Positions 10,518 through 20,395 of a stretch of DNA of 64,000 nucleotides are shown here, piece by piece. The DNA is from an uncultured cyanobacterium. Its GTDB lineage: Bacteria; Cyanobacteriota; Cyanobacteriia; Pseudanabaenales; Pseudanabaenaceae. A program made the position numbers and the translations under genes. The DNA lies in assembly GCA_963703315.1 (NCBI GenBank), contig OY969811.1:96001-160000 (forward strand), in the 5' to 3' direction. The number at the start of each line of letters is the position of its first letter. Positions within the stretch are counted from its first letter, which is position 1. The notes under the pieces are model-generated. The model was not told the origin of the DNA and made no database searches. It saw only the letters and a program-made list of their open reading frames with translations.

Positions 10518-10584
10518 AATTACGAATTACGAGTTACGAATTTAGCTTTTAATTCTTTAATTCGTAATTTCTAATTCGTAATTG
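10518..10584. repeat. STRR-like heptamer repeats (AATTACG and the complement CGTAATT) in inverted arrangement
   Basis: AATTACG AATTACG AGTTACG AATT ... TAATTCG TAATTTC TAATTCG TAATT in the rpsK-rpoA spacer. Confidence 0.7.
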
Positions 10585-10585
10585 A

Positions 10586-10981
10586 TTACACACGTCTGCG
10601 CTTTGGAGGACGGCAACCGTTGTGGGGAATTGGGGTAATGTCACGAATCAAGGTGATTTCTAGACCAGCAGCTTGTAGCGCTCTAACTGCTGTTTCACGT
10701 CCTGATCCAGGACCTGTAACCATTACTTCGACCTGACGCATTCCTTGCTCCATTGCTCTTCTAGCAGCAGATTCGGCAGCAGTTTGCGCTGCAAATGGAG
10801 TACCCTTCTTCGCGCCCTTAAAGCCACTAGCACCAGCCGAAGACCAAGAGATGACATCACCTACGGTGTCAGCGATCGTGACGATTGTGTTGTTAAAAGT
10901 AGACTGGATATAAGCGACTCCATTAGGGACATTACGCTTATTTTTGCGTGCGCCAGTTCTACGGGTTGTTTGACGAGCCAT
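10586..10981 (-). CDS. rpsK: 30S ribosomal protein S11
   Basis: [30 protein letters not shown]. Confidence 0.99.
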   Translation of the reverse strand: MARQTTRRTGARKNKRNVPNGVAYIQSTFNNTIVTIADTVGDVISWSSAGASGFKGAKKGTPFAAQTAAESAARRAMEQGMRQVEVMVTGPGSGRETAVRALQAAGLEITLIRDITPIPHNGCRPPKRRRV

Positions 10982-11001
10982 TGTTTCGTATTAATCCTTA
11001 C

Positions 11002-11385
11002 TTACTTCTTACCAGGTGCTTTCTTCTTACCAGCGACTGTGCGACGACCACCACGACGGGTACGCGCATTGGTACGGGTACGTTGTCCACGTACAGGTAG
11101 TCCCATACGGTGACGACGACCTCGGTAGCAACCAATGTCTACTAGGCGTTTGATGCTTAAACCTTCAAGACGACGCAGATCGCCTTCTACTTGAAAGTTG
11201 GATTCTACCTCTTGGCGTAAAGTTGTTACTTCAGGATCAGTAAGCTCTTTTACCCTTGTATCAGGGTTTATTTTGGTAGCTGCTAAGATTTTTTTGGCGC
11301 TAGTTAGACCGATACCGTATATATACGTTAGTCCTATTTCGATGCGCTTGTCACGAGGAAGGTCAACTCCTGCAATGCGAGCCAC
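11002..11385 (-). CDS. rpsM: 30S ribosomal protein S13
   Basis: GTG start; [37 protein letters not shown]. Confidence 0.99.
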   Translation of the reverse strand: MARIAGVDLPRDKRIEIGLTYIYGIGLTSAKKILAATKINPDTRVKELTDPEVTTLRQEVESNFQVEGDLRRLEGLSIKRLVDIGCYRGRRHRMGLPVRGQRTRTNARTRRGGRRTVAGKKKAPGKK

Positions 11386-11544
11386 TATAAGTCTCCCAAT
11401 TAGTTGTCAGTTTTCAATGTTACATTTGTCCCTGAGGACTGCTGTACAACCAAATCTTCGTGAGAGCGTGCGTTCTATGCAGTGGGTTAGCTACAATCGG
11501 CAGAAGCAAATTACGAAGAAGGCATATTTTACAGCGAACTCTAT

Positions 11545-11573
11545 AATATATTGACAATGGCAACTTCTGTCAA
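11545..11573 (-). promoter_or_regulatory. Putative sigma70 promoter of the rpsM operon
   Basis: Minus strand TTGACA (11573-11568), 17-nt spacer, TATATT (11550-11545), about 160 bp upstream of rpsM. Confidence 0.6.
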
Positions 11574-11646
11574 GATTAGTCAAGTTTTTTGCAATTACCA
11601 AGTTGTTGTCATGAAGTCATGCCCCACCCTAACAACTTGGCAATTG

Positions 11647-12336
11647 CTAATTATCCCGATCGCTGTCTAAAGCACCAACTCCAGAAATGGATCGGTAATT
11701 GTAGCTGAGAGAAGGGCTAGTGTTTGGAGTTTGTGAACGTGAAATTTTCATGATATCGTCTTTGATGGCTTCGAGATCGACATAGCGATCGGCAACGTTA
11801 ATTAAATGATCGCTGGTCATTGATCGCAGGCTGACGACTTCGACACGTACGCCCCGATAACTAGCAGCATCAACCGCATAGGCAAGATCCCCATCACCGC
11901 TAACTAATACGGCTGTGTCATAGGAACCAATTAATGCCATCATATCTACGGCGATTTCCACATCAAGGTTGGCTTTTTTGGAGCCGTCGGGTAACTGCAC
12001 GAGTTCCTTGGAGATGACGCGGTAACCATTACGGCGCATCCATAATAAAAATCCTTGTTGCTTTTCGTTAGTGCGATCAACGCCTGTGTAGAAAAAAGCA
12101 CGAAGTAACCGAGAACCATCGGTAAGGCATAAAAGCAACTTGGTATAGTCGATCTCAATGCCTAATTGGAGGGCAGCGTAGAAAAGATTAGAGCCATCAA
12201 TAAAGATGGCAACGCGCCCTCGATTTTCTAAAATTTGGTCTGGCTTAAAACCAGAATCTTGCTCGAACGGTAACATATTTTTGCCTATAGAACGTTTGTT
12301 ATCTAGTGCCGAGGGATGAAGCTTGGGTATTAGCAT
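11647..12336 (-). CDS. NYN-domain LabA/DUF88 family protein
   Basis: AIFIDGSNLFY; KANLDVEIAVDM; VSGDGDLAY. Confidence 0.9.
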   Translation of the reverse strand: MLIPKLHPSALDNKRSIGKNMLPFEQDSGFKPDQILENRGRVAIFIDGSNLFYAALQLGIEIDYTKLLLCLTDGSRLLRAFFYTGVDRTNEKQQGFLLWMRRNGYRVISKELVQLPDGSKKANLDVEIAVDMMALIGSYDTAVLVSGDGDLAYAVDAASYRGVRVEVVSLRSMTSDHLINVADRYVDLEAIKDDIMKISRSQTPNTSPSLSYNYRSISGVGALDSDRDN

Positions 12337-12732
12337 GGATACTTAAAACCGTCCTAAGTGTTTACCTAATTCAGAAGAACCTCTTAAAACCTTTTAATAA
12401 ACTGATGCACGTTTTGATAGAAATCCAATTAGGAATCTAGCATTGGACGCTAAAAGTAATCTTTAACAAAACAACTAGCCTTATCCCAAGACTATTTACA
12501 AAATAGATTTAAGTAAATTTGAGATGAATTGAAAAATTTGAAATAAGTTAAAAAATATATATAATAAATTTTTTATGAACTAGCTATAACAGCAATTAAT
12601 TTACTTTTATACCTTATTTTCAACTATACACCATAAGTAAATATACTTAGAGGAGTAGCTTTTAGTAATTATTGTGGTAAATCTAAAAAATCTACAAGGG
12701 TATAAAACTTTGGTGATTAAATCTACTGCAAC

Positions 12733-14301
12733 TCAAGTAGTTTCAATGCGTTGAAAGATGGGTACTGGGGTGGCTAGGGAAGTACCTGATTTTAGTATTC
12801 CCCAATTTGAATGACTCCAATCAGGAGGAGATGTTTCGTTAAATATCAAGCCTAATTGCTGATAAGCAGCAATGCTGAGCTTAGGAGTAATTGGGGAAAG
12901 TAAGTAGACCGCAATGCGGACTGCTTCTAGCAAAGTATATAAAGTTTCATTAACTTCCTGTTGTTTACCTGCTTTGAAAAGTTTCCAAGGTGCAGTTTCA
13001 TCAATTAATTTGTTGCAATTCCAGATTAATTCCAAAATTTGCTCGGCAGCCCCACGAAAGTCGAGATTTTGATACTTAATCGCAACGCGATCGCCTAAAT
13101 TTGTTGCCTGTTCGATGATGGGAATAATTAACTCAGAAACTTCACTGCGATCGCGGGGATCATGGGCAGGTATGGTTTGTTGAGAATATTTATTTGCCAT
13201 GCCGAGGCTGCGATTGAGTAAGTTACCCAAGCTATTAGCAAGATCCGCATTAACGATCGCTATAAATCTATCTTCGCTAAAGTCGCCATCCCGCCCAAAT
13301 TCAATTTCCTTTAAGAAATAATATCGAATGGGATCAGCCCCATAGCGATCAACTAGTTCATAAGGATTAATTATATTACCTAATGTTTTCCCCATTTTTA
13401 AGCCATCTTTTGTCAGCAAACCATGACCAAACACCCGTTCTGGCAATGCTAACCCTGCGGAAAGTAACATCGCTGGCCAATAAATCGCATGAAATCTTAA
13501 GATATCTTTACCAATAATATGCAAATTGAAGGGATACCACTTTTTTAGGGCATTTTCGAGGGTCGGTTCATCGTCTGGATCGAGCAGTGCGGTGACATAG
13601 CCGAGTAAAGCATCGAACCAAACATAGATGGTATGGCTAGGGTCGGTAGGAATGGGGAAGCCCCAGTCAAGATTGACGCGGGAGATCGAAAAATCCTGTA
13701 AGCCTTGTTTCATAAAGCCCAAAACTTCATTGCGACGGCTTTCAGGCTGGATGAAGTCAGGATGTTCCTCATGGAACTTATCGAGAGCATCCTGATATTT
13801 AGATAGACGGAAAAAATAATTTGGCTCGTCACGCCATTCACAAACGACATTGGTGTGGGTGGGACAGTGATGACTTTCGGGAAGCTCACGTTCTTCTTTA
13901 AATTCTTCGCAAGCGACGCAATACCAACCTTTTTGCTGATTTAAGTAAATATCACCTGATGCATAGACCCGTTGAAAAAATTCGTTAACGATCGCCTGAT
14001 GTTTCGGTGCGGTGGTGCGGGTGAAGCGATCAAAGCGAATATTAAACTTTTCCCAGAGTGTATAAAATTCGGCAACGGTGCGATCGCAGTGTTCTTGAGG
14101 CGATAAATTATTTTTTTCGGCAGTACGCTGAATTTTTTGTCCATGCTCATCCGTACCTGTCACAAACATTACAGGATGTCCTTTCAGCCGATAAAACCTA
14201 GCAAAAGCGTCAGCAGCGATCGTCGGATAGGCGCTACCTATATGTGGGCGATCATTGACATAAAAAAGTGGTGTGGTTAAAGCGATCGGTTTTAGGGACA
14301 T
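12733..14301 (-). CDS. metG: Methionine--tRNA ligase (short form)
   Basis: PHIGSAY (HIGH), GTDEHG, YVWFDAL, GKDILRFH and KMGKT. Confidence 0.97.
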   Translation of the reverse strand: MSLKPIALTTPLFYVNDRPHIGSAYPTIAADAFARFYRLKGHPVMFVTGTDEHGQKIQRTAEKNNLSPQEHCDRTVAEFYTLWEKFNIRFDRFTRTTAPKHQAIVNEFFQRVYASGDIYLNQQKGWYCVACEEFKEERELPESHHCPTHTNVVCEWRDEPNYFFRLSKYQDALDKFHEEHPDFIQPESRRNEVLGFMKQGLQDFSISRVNLDWGFPIPTDPSHTIYVWFDALLGYVTALLDPDDEPTLENALKKWYPFNLHIIGKDILRFHAIYWPAMLLSAGLALPERVFGHGLLTKDGLKMGKTLGNIINPYELVDRYGADPIRYYFLKEIEFGRDGDFSEDRFIAIVNADLANSLGNLLNRSLGMANKYSQQTIPAHDPRDRSEVSELIIPIIEQATNLGDRVAIKYQNLDFRGAAEQILELIWNCNKLIDETAPWKLFKAGKQQEVNETLYTLLEAVRIAVYLLSPITPKLSIAAYQQLGLIFNETSPPDWSHSNWGILKSGTSLATPVPIFQRIETT

Positions 14302-14388
14302 ACAAGACTCAGTACGGTGCTACTACCATTTTGCAAAAAAATGGTGGTAAATGTGACATTTTTTCCAAAAAACCAGAATTTAACGATC

Positions 14389-14853
14389 ATGAAAAATCTG
14401 AAATCACATCAAAACTGGATGGATCGGGCGATCGCCTTGGCTAAAGAATCTGGTGAAGCTGGTGAAATTCCTGTGGGAGCGGTACTTGTGAATAATAGAG
14501 GAGAGGCGATCGCTACGGGTGTAAATCGTAAAGAACGCGATCAAGATCCCACTGCCCATGCGGAAATTGTGGCGATTCGCAATGCTACTAGATTGCTCAA
14601 AGATTGGCATCTCACGGGATGTACGCTTTATGTCACCCTAGAACCTTGCCCGATGTGTGCGGGCGCAATTTTGCAAGCGCGAGTTAGTACTTTAGTTTAT
14701 GGCGCTGATGATCCTAAAGCAGGGGCAATTCGGACTGTGGCAAATTTGCCCGATAGTCCTGTTTCGTTTCATAAACTAGAGGCGATCGCAGGAATTCGCG
14801 AACGTGAATGTCAAGAATTACTACAAGCTTGGTTTAAAAATCTCAGAAAATAA
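14389..14853 (+). CDS. tadA: tRNA adenosine(34) deaminase
   Basis: EIPVGAV, HAE, TLEPCPMC and DPKAG. The ATG at 14389 is preferred. Confidence 0.93.
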   Translation: MKNLKSHQNWMDRAIALAKESGEAGEIPVGAVLVNNRGEAIATGVNRKERDQDPTAHAEIVAIRNATRLLKDWHLTGCTLYVTLEPCPMCAGAILQARVSTLVYGADDPKAGAIRTVANLPDSPVSFHKLEAIAGIRERECQELLQAWFKNLRK

Positions 14854-14888
14854 TTAAGGCTGCATCGCAGCCTTAATTATTTTCTGAG
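14842..14888. terminator. 22-bp-arm perfect palindrome at the convergent tadA / lipoprotein junction
   Basis: CTCAGAAAATAATTAAGGCTGC-ATC-GCAGCCTTAATTATTTTCTGAG. Confidence 0.7.
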
Positions 14889-15362
14889 TTACTTACTACA
14901 TAGAGTATTGATGCGATCGACAATCTCGCTTTCCTTACCTGTCGCAACTTCAAATTCTTTCTTTGCCTTTTCTAAGGCAGTTTTATCTTTAGCATCTGTT
15001 GCTTTTACCTGAGCCTTCAGAGCTTGGGAAACATCCCCATACATCCCCAACAATTCTACCTGGACCTCTTTGAGCTTGGCATCTTGGACAGCTACAGCCT
15101 GTACTTCAGTGCGAACTTGCTCAATACTGTCTGCAAGTGAAGTAAAACCTGAAGTATCCTTAGGGGCTACCAGAGTTTTCGCTTTATTGGCAACGGTAAC
15201 AAATTTGTTGCATTGAACAACCCAATTTTCCCCACAACCATAAAGGAAGAGTCCCACAACCAAAGTAATAGCACTAAAAGCAGTGTAACGATTAAGCCGA
15301 TTTGAGAAAGTATGGCATGAAGACTTTTGAAGTTGCATTATGTTTAAGTGCCGATTGTCCAA
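14889..15362 (-). CDS. Hypothetical lipoprotein
   Basis: Hydrophobic stretch ending LYGC (lipobox-like), followed by a helical body. The true start is probably downstream of 15362. Confidence 0.6.
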   Translation of the reverse strand: MDNRHLNIMQLQKSSCHTFSNRLNRYTAFSAITLVVGLFLYGCGENWVVQCNKFVTVANKAKTLVAPKDTSGFTSLADSIEQVRTEVQAVAVQDAKLKEVQVELLGMYGDVSQALKAQVKATDAKDKTALEKAKKEFEVATGKESEIVDRINTLCSK

Positions 15363-15479
15363 ATTTATGGTTTTCGATTGTTCGAGTGTCTAAAAATTCT
15401 AAAATGTTTTAGCGGACTAAAGCTAACTCCCAAAAAATAAGCGATCGCCTTCACTAGACTTTGAGGCACTGGTCAACTA

Positions 15480-15582
15480 ATACCAAAACTAAAAATGGCG
15501 TAGCCATTTTTAGTTTTAAAAACCCTTACTGGATTTGTTTTTCAATTCACAAAAGTGTCGTCACACTTTTGTGAATTGCTAT
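15480..15582 (+). mobile_element. MITE-like family B (103 bp, two internal hairpins)
   Basis: ATACCAAAACTAAAAATGGC-GTA-GCCATTTTTAGTTTT...ATTCACAAAAGTGT-CGTC-ACACTTTTGTGAATTGCTAT. Inverted copies at 47107 and 59902; an interrupted copy at 4550. Confidence 0.8.
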
Positions 15583-15636
15583 TAGCAAGCTTTCTCAAGA
15601 GGTAATGATAGGCGGCGCGAAGCGCCGCCTATCATT

Positions 15637-17166
15637 TTAATTTGTAATTAAATTCACTAAGGTGCGTACCGCAAAACCAGTGCCGCCAGCATTGTTGTAG
15701 CCTGACTCGCGATCGCTCCAGACAGGTCCCGCGACATCAAGGTGCGCCCATGCTTTTGTTTTTTCGACAAATTGCTTTAGAAATAAAGCGCCTGTAATTG
15801 CCCCACCTGCGCGAGAACCTGTATTTTTGAAATCGGCAACCACAGATTTCAATTGGTCGAAATAGGGATCTTCGAGGGGCATCCGCCAGAATTTTTCGCC
15901 AGCGTCTTTCGCAGCTTTGGCGACCGCCTCTGCCAAATCTTCATCAATCGACCACATCCCCGCAATATCTTCACCCAATGCGACCACACAAGCACCTGTC
16001 AATGTGGCGAGATCAATGATCGCATCGACACCTAGTTTGTCGGTATAGACGAGGGCATCAGCAAGGGTCAGACGACCTTCTGCATCAGTATTATTAACCT
16101 CAATGGTTTTGCCATTAGAAGCAGTGAGGATATCCCCAGGGCGCATCGCATTGCCATTAACCATATTTTCGCAAGTGGCAACAATGAAATGCACTTCGAT
16201 ATCGGTGGGTTGCAGATGGGCGATCGCCTTCGCTGCACCAAGGGCTGCCGCCGAGCCACCCATGTCGGTTTTCATCAGTTCGATGCTGCTACCTACACCT
16301 GTTTTTAGGTTCAAGCCGCCCGAATCAAAAGTTAAGCCCTTGCCCACGATCGCGAGTTTACGCTTGGGCGTACCGTTGTTATAGGTGAGATGAATAAATT
16401 TTGGTGGGATATCGGAAGCCTTTGCCACACCCAGAAATGCCCCCATGCCTAAGGCTTCGCAATCGGCTTGTTCTAGGATTTTGGCAGTGAAATACTCTGA
16501 CTCATTGGCGATCGCTACAGCAGTTTCGGCAAGAGTAATGGGCGTAACGATATTGGCAGGAGCCGATACGAGTTCTCGCGCCAAGATGACACCATCGACA
16601 ATTTGCTGGGCTTTAGCGATCGCCGCATTGGCTAACTCAGGATTCGTTTCCAAAACTTCTACTTGATCCACAATCCAAGGCTGAGCATTTTTTGACTTAA
16701 AGCGTTTGTCTTGATGAGCAGCGAGCAATATACCTTCGGCGATCGCTTGAGTCGTAGTGCTGACATCTTGGTTATAGTCAGGAAAAGCCAAAGCTAATTT
16801 TTTTACCTTCTCTTTATTTGCCCACTTCACCGCCGATGCTGCGGCTTTACGCCAAGTGTCGGCATTAGCTTTTGCAGGATCACCTAATCCGATCAACATC
16901 ACTTTACGAATGGCGTAGTCCACGCCAATGCGCCCACTAACTGATGACCCCAGCTCCCCTGTAAATTCTGCCTCCGTAATCAAGTCTTTTAAGGTGCAAG
17001 CTAAGACCTTGATATCGAGATTATTTAATGCGAAGGATAGTTCTAGAGGTTTTTTCTCTTGTGGTTCTGATTGCTCATCACTAGTTTTAGGAGCCGCAAA
17101 AACAGCGATCGCCAGAGCATCACCATGCCAAGTTTGGGGCGAAGTTACTAACGGAATAATCTTCAT
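15637..17166 (-). CDS. pepA: Leucyl aminopeptidase (M17)
   Basis: [26 protein letters not shown] and HLDVAG. Confidence 0.97.
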   Translation of the reverse strand: MKIIPLVTSPQTWHGDALAIAVFAAPKTSDEQSEPQEKKPLELSFALNNLDIKVLACTLKDLITEAEFTGELGSSVSGRIGVDYAIRKVMLIGLGDPAKANADTWRKAAASAVKWANKEKVKKLALAFPDYNQDVSTTTQAIAEGILLAAHQDKRFKSKNAQPWIVDQVEVLETNPELANAAIAKAQQIVDGVILARELVSAPANIVTPITLAETAVAIANESEYFTAKILEQADCEALGMGAFLGVAKASDIPPKFIHLTYNNGTPKRKLAIVGKGLTFDSGGLNLKTGVGSSIELMKTDMGGSAAALGAAKAIAHLQPTDIEVHFIVATCENMVNGNAMRPGDILTASNGKTIEVNNTDAEGRLTLADALVYTDKLGVDAIIDLATLTGACVVALGEDIAGMWSIDEDLAEAVAKAAKDAGEKFWRMPLEDPYFDQLKSVVADFKNTGSRAGGAITGALFLKQFVEKTKAWAHLDVAGPVWSDRESGYNNAGGTGFAVRTLVNLITN

Positions 17167-17224
17167 GATCTACAGGGTTGTTAAGTTTTGTCGCTATATT
17201 ACACCAATGCAAGTTTTGCTTAGG

Positions 17225-17308
17225 ATCTAAAACCCAAAGAAATGAAGGCGGTGCTTCGCACCGCCTTCATTTCTTTGGGTTTTAGATTTAATTGCGCCCA
17301 GCTACTTA
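17225..17308. repeat. Long perfect hairpin (TTC loop) plus a family A right end
   Basis: ATCTAAAACCCAAAGAAATGAAGGCGGTGC-TTC-GCACCGCCTTCATTTCTTTGGGTTTTAGAT, then AATTGCGCCCAGCTACTTA. Confidence 0.75.
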
Positions 17309-17549
17309 CTGTCTTGCTGTCAGAAATCACTGGGGACGCGAATAAATCGTGACATTACCCATGAAATCAGCGCCAACAGCTATAGAACTAAATTTTTCAG
17401 TTTGTACTACAATCTTTTATGGCATAAAGACATATTTTCAGTATCTTTAACCCGATTGCATGATGATTGTAATGTATTGGCTAGCAGAAGATGCTTTAAG
17501 TAAGGTATGTTGGCTGCTGTTTAACAGTGAGGAGTTGTAGACTAAAATT

Positions 17550-19259
17550 ATGCGAATTTCTTCCAGTTGGTTGACGCTTGGTGCGAGTTTATCGCTTCTG
17601 ATTCCAGCTTGGACAGCCAATGCTCAAGAATTTAACCTGCCTCTACGTCCTTTTAGCAAGGTCGTCTTGGAGCCTGACACCTCAATTCAGATCACTTCAC
17701 AACCTGTTTCTCCAAATACTGCGCCTCAACAGGTAGACATTGTTAAGCCTCAACCTGAATCAGTAAGCAATAAGCAGCAGAATATTGGCAAAACACAGGT
17801 AAAAGTTGCGGCATTACCTCAAGCCTCTACCTCAGAAATATCAAAATCAGCGAATTCCCAACCAATTGCTACTCCAGATAGTCAGCGATCGCAACCTCAA
17901 TTAGTCAGTTCTTCTACTGAACCCGCTAGAGTAATCCCTAGTGCAGCAGCTTCTAGCTCAGGACAGCTTGATCCCGCCCAGACTTTGGTTGTGCCAACTA
18001 CTCCCAGTCAAGTCAAACTGGAAACTACGAAACCAGTTACCCTCGAAGAAATTCTGGACTTGATTGAAAAAACAAATTCTGATGTGATTAATGCCAGAAT
18101 TAGCATAGATCGGTCGCGGGCTGCCTTGCGAGAAGCAGAAGCAGGGCGATCTCCTACAGTTTCGGGATCAGTCCAGTATAGCTACAGTGACTCAGCCCAA
18201 GCGCGACTCAGTAGCATTAATAACAATACCCCTTTAGGCAAAACTAATAGTAATCCCCTCACAGGTACGCTGGGAGTTAATTACAATCTCTTCGATTCAG
18301 GGGTAAACGATAATACAATCCGTGTGGCTGAAAACAACTTACGCATTGCGGAAGCAGATTTGAGTCGCATCAGGCAAACCATCCGCTTGAGTATTGTTAC
18401 CGCCTACTACAATCTCCAAAATGCGGATGAAACGATTCGCATTCGTCGTAAAGCTGTCGAAAATACCGAAAGAAGCTTAAAAGACACCCAAGCAAGAGAA
18501 AAAGCAGGGGTTGGCACCAAGTTTGATGTACTTCAATCAGAAGTCCAACTGGCTAATGCTAGGCAAGACCTACTGAATGCCGAAGCTGCACAACTAGTTG
18601 CTAGACGTGAATTGTCTCGTCAGCTTAACTATCCTGCGACCATCGAAATTACGGCGGCGGATAAAATTGCCCCCGTACCTGAATGGAAGTTGCCAGTAGA
18701 AGAAACAATTTTACTAGCAGTACGCAATCGGGCTGAGCTAGATATTCGGAAACTAGAGCGTGAAGTTGCTCGCGATCGCGCCAATACTTCCCTAGCGAGG
18801 TTAGGTCCTCAAGTGAGCGTATTTGCTAACTTTAATACTGCTTCTGAATTTACGAGTGGTAGTGGTATTGGCGTTGGCTATCAAGTTGGTGCAAGACTCG
18901 ATTGGAGCCTTTATGATGGCGGTAAAGCTGCGGCACAAGTAGATCAATTTAAAGCGGATCAATCCCTTGCCGAAAGCCGTTTTGAGCAGGCCGCCCGTCA
19001 AGCCCGTTATGATGTGGAAGAGTCATACATCAATCAGCGATCGCGCTTCCAACAAATCGAAACCGCCACCAAAGCCGTTAAAAGTGCTGAAGAAGCATTG
19101 CGTCTAGCCCGTCTTCGTCTTGATGCAGGAGTGGGGACACAGCTTGAAGTAATTACGGCGGAGTCAGATCTCACCCGTGCCGATGTCAACCGCGTCCAAG
19201 CGATTATCGGTTACAACCAGTCTCGTGCCAATCTCGAACGTGCTATCAGTGGATTATAA
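17550..19259 (+). CDS. TolC-family outer membrane efflux protein
   Basis: Signal peptide, low-complexity linker and two OEP repeats (AYYNLQ; AGVGTKFDVL; AGVGTQLEVI). Confidence 0.92.
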   Translation: MRISSSWLTLGASLSLLIPAWTANAQEFNLPLRPFSKVVLEPDTSIQITSQPVSPNTAPQQVDIVKPQPESVSNKQQNIGKTQVKVAALPQASTSEISKSANSQPIATPDSQRSQPQLVSSSTEPARVIPSAAASSSGQLDPAQTLVVPTTPSQVKLETTKPVTLEEILDLIEKTNSDVINARISIDRSRAALREAEAGRSPTVSGSVQYSYSDSAQARLSSINNNTPLGKTNSNPLTGTLGVNYNLFDSGVNDNTIRVAENNLRIAEADLSRIRQTIRLSIVTAYYNLQNADETIRIRRKAVENTERSLKDTQAREKAGVGTKFDVLQSEVQLANARQDLLNAEAAQLVARRELSRQLNYPATIEITAADKIAPVPEWKLPVEETILLAVRNRAELDIRKLEREVARDRANTSLARLGPQVSVFANFNTASEFTSGSGIGVGYQVGARLDWSLYDGGKAAAQVDQFKADQSLAESRFEQAARQARYDVEESYINQRSRFQQIETATKAVKSAEEALRLARLRLDAGVGTQLEVITAESDLTRADVNRVQAIIGYNQSRANLERAISGL

Positions 19260-19320
19260 AAAGAAGAGGGGCGCAAAGCGCCCCTCTTCTTTGCATAAAA
19301 ATCAAGACTAGAGATTAATT

Positions 19321-19623
19321 ATGGTCATAGCTGATGGATTTATTTACGCTTGTCTCTTGGCGATCGTCTTGATTACGTTATTCAGCATCCAATCAAGTAT
19401 CAATCGCCTTGAGCGAAAGATGAAACGCCTTGATCTTTCTCTAAGCTTACTCTTAAATCGGATGGAGGTTGAAGTTCCATCTCGACTGTCAGAGCGTGTC
19501 AAGCAGATGGCACTCGATCCCTATCGTAAAATAGAAGCAATTAAGATTTATCGAGAAGAGAATGGAACGGGGCTGAAGGAGGCAAAAGAAGCTATAGAAG
19601 ATTTTTTGGATAATAACAAATAA
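19321..19623 (+). CDS. Small membrane-anchored protein with a ribosomal L7/L12 C-terminal-like motif
   Basis: N-terminal TM; KIEAIKIYRE-GTGLKEAKEAIE. Confidence 0.65.
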   Translation: MVIADGFIYACLLAIVLITLFSIQSSINRLERKMKRLDLSLSLLLNRMEVEVPSRLSERVKQMALDPYRKIEAIKIYREENGTGLKEAKEAIEDFLDNNK

Positions 19624-19715
19624 GTAGCTAGGCATAAGTAAACTTAAAACCTAGAAGCTTGTGCCGCCCGCGTAGCGGGCGGCACAAGCTTTGGTTTTGG
19701 GCTTTGATATTATGC
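19621..19715. mobile_element. MITE family A copy with a truncated right end
   Basis: The first ~45 bp match the 4560 copy; central hairpin GCCGCCCGC-GTA-GCGGGCGGC. Confidence 0.75.
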
Positions 19716-20390
19716 ATCCGCTTCAAGAATGGCGCGATCGCGAATTCGGCAGGAATCGCATACACCACAGGGGACTTCACCGCCTTGATAGCAAGACCAT
19801 GTGAGTTCAATCGGTACACCCAAGCGCCTTGCTCGTCTGACAATATCGGTTTTAGAATCCATGACTAAGGGCGCAACTAATCGTGGTGCATGACCTTCTA
19901 CTCCCACCTTAGAAGAAAGTGCGGCTAGTTTTTGGAAAGCTTCTAAATAATCAGGACGACAATCGGGATAACCAGAATAATCTACAGCATTAATTCCTAA
20001 ATAAATTGCCTCGGCTCCCTTTGATTCGGCGAGAGATAGAGCGATCGCAATAAATACGGTATTTCGCCCTGGAACATAGGTAATTGGAATCTCTCCAGTT
20101 TGCACACCTGCGGTTGGGATAGCAAGATCAGTGTCAGTTAAAGCCGAACCTCCCCACTGTGCCAAATTTACATCAACGATAAAATGGTCGCGCACATTCA
20201 AGGCGGCGGCAACTTGTCGTGCCGCTACTAACTCCCGTTCATGACGTTGACCATAGCGAAAAGATAGGGCGATCGCCTCATAGCCATCGGCGATTGCCTG
20301 TGCTGCCACCGTTGCCGAGTCCAAACCACCCGACAATAGAATCACGGCTTTTTTGACTGAATTTTTGGGTGAATTGTCTATATTAATCAT
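19710..20390 (-). CDS. queC: 7-cyano-7-deazaguanine synthase
   Basis: LSGGLDS, YVPGRN, SGYPDCR and TWSCY...CGVCDSC. Confidence 0.97.
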   Translation of the reverse strand: MINIDNSPKNSVKKAVILLSGGLDSATVAAQAIADGYEAIALSFRYGQRHERELVAARQVAAALNVRDHFIVDVNLAQWGGSALTDTDLAIPTAGVQTGEIPITYVPGRNTVFIAIALSLAESKGAEAIYLGINAVDYSGYPDCRPDYLEAFQKLAALSSKVGVEGHAPRLVAPLVMDSKTDIVRRARRLGVPIELTWSCYQGGEVPCGVCDSCRIRDRAILEADA

Positions 20391-20395
20391 TACTA

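Noticed and set aside
12337..12732. Long AT-rich spacer between metG and the NYN gene as an ncRNA or origin
   Set aside because: No DnaA-box cluster, stable structure or ORF recognised; probably promoter DNA.
19321..19623. Calling this gene rplL
   Set aside because: It has an N-terminal TM, lacks the L7/L12 dimerisation domain and hinge, and has no rplJ neighbour.
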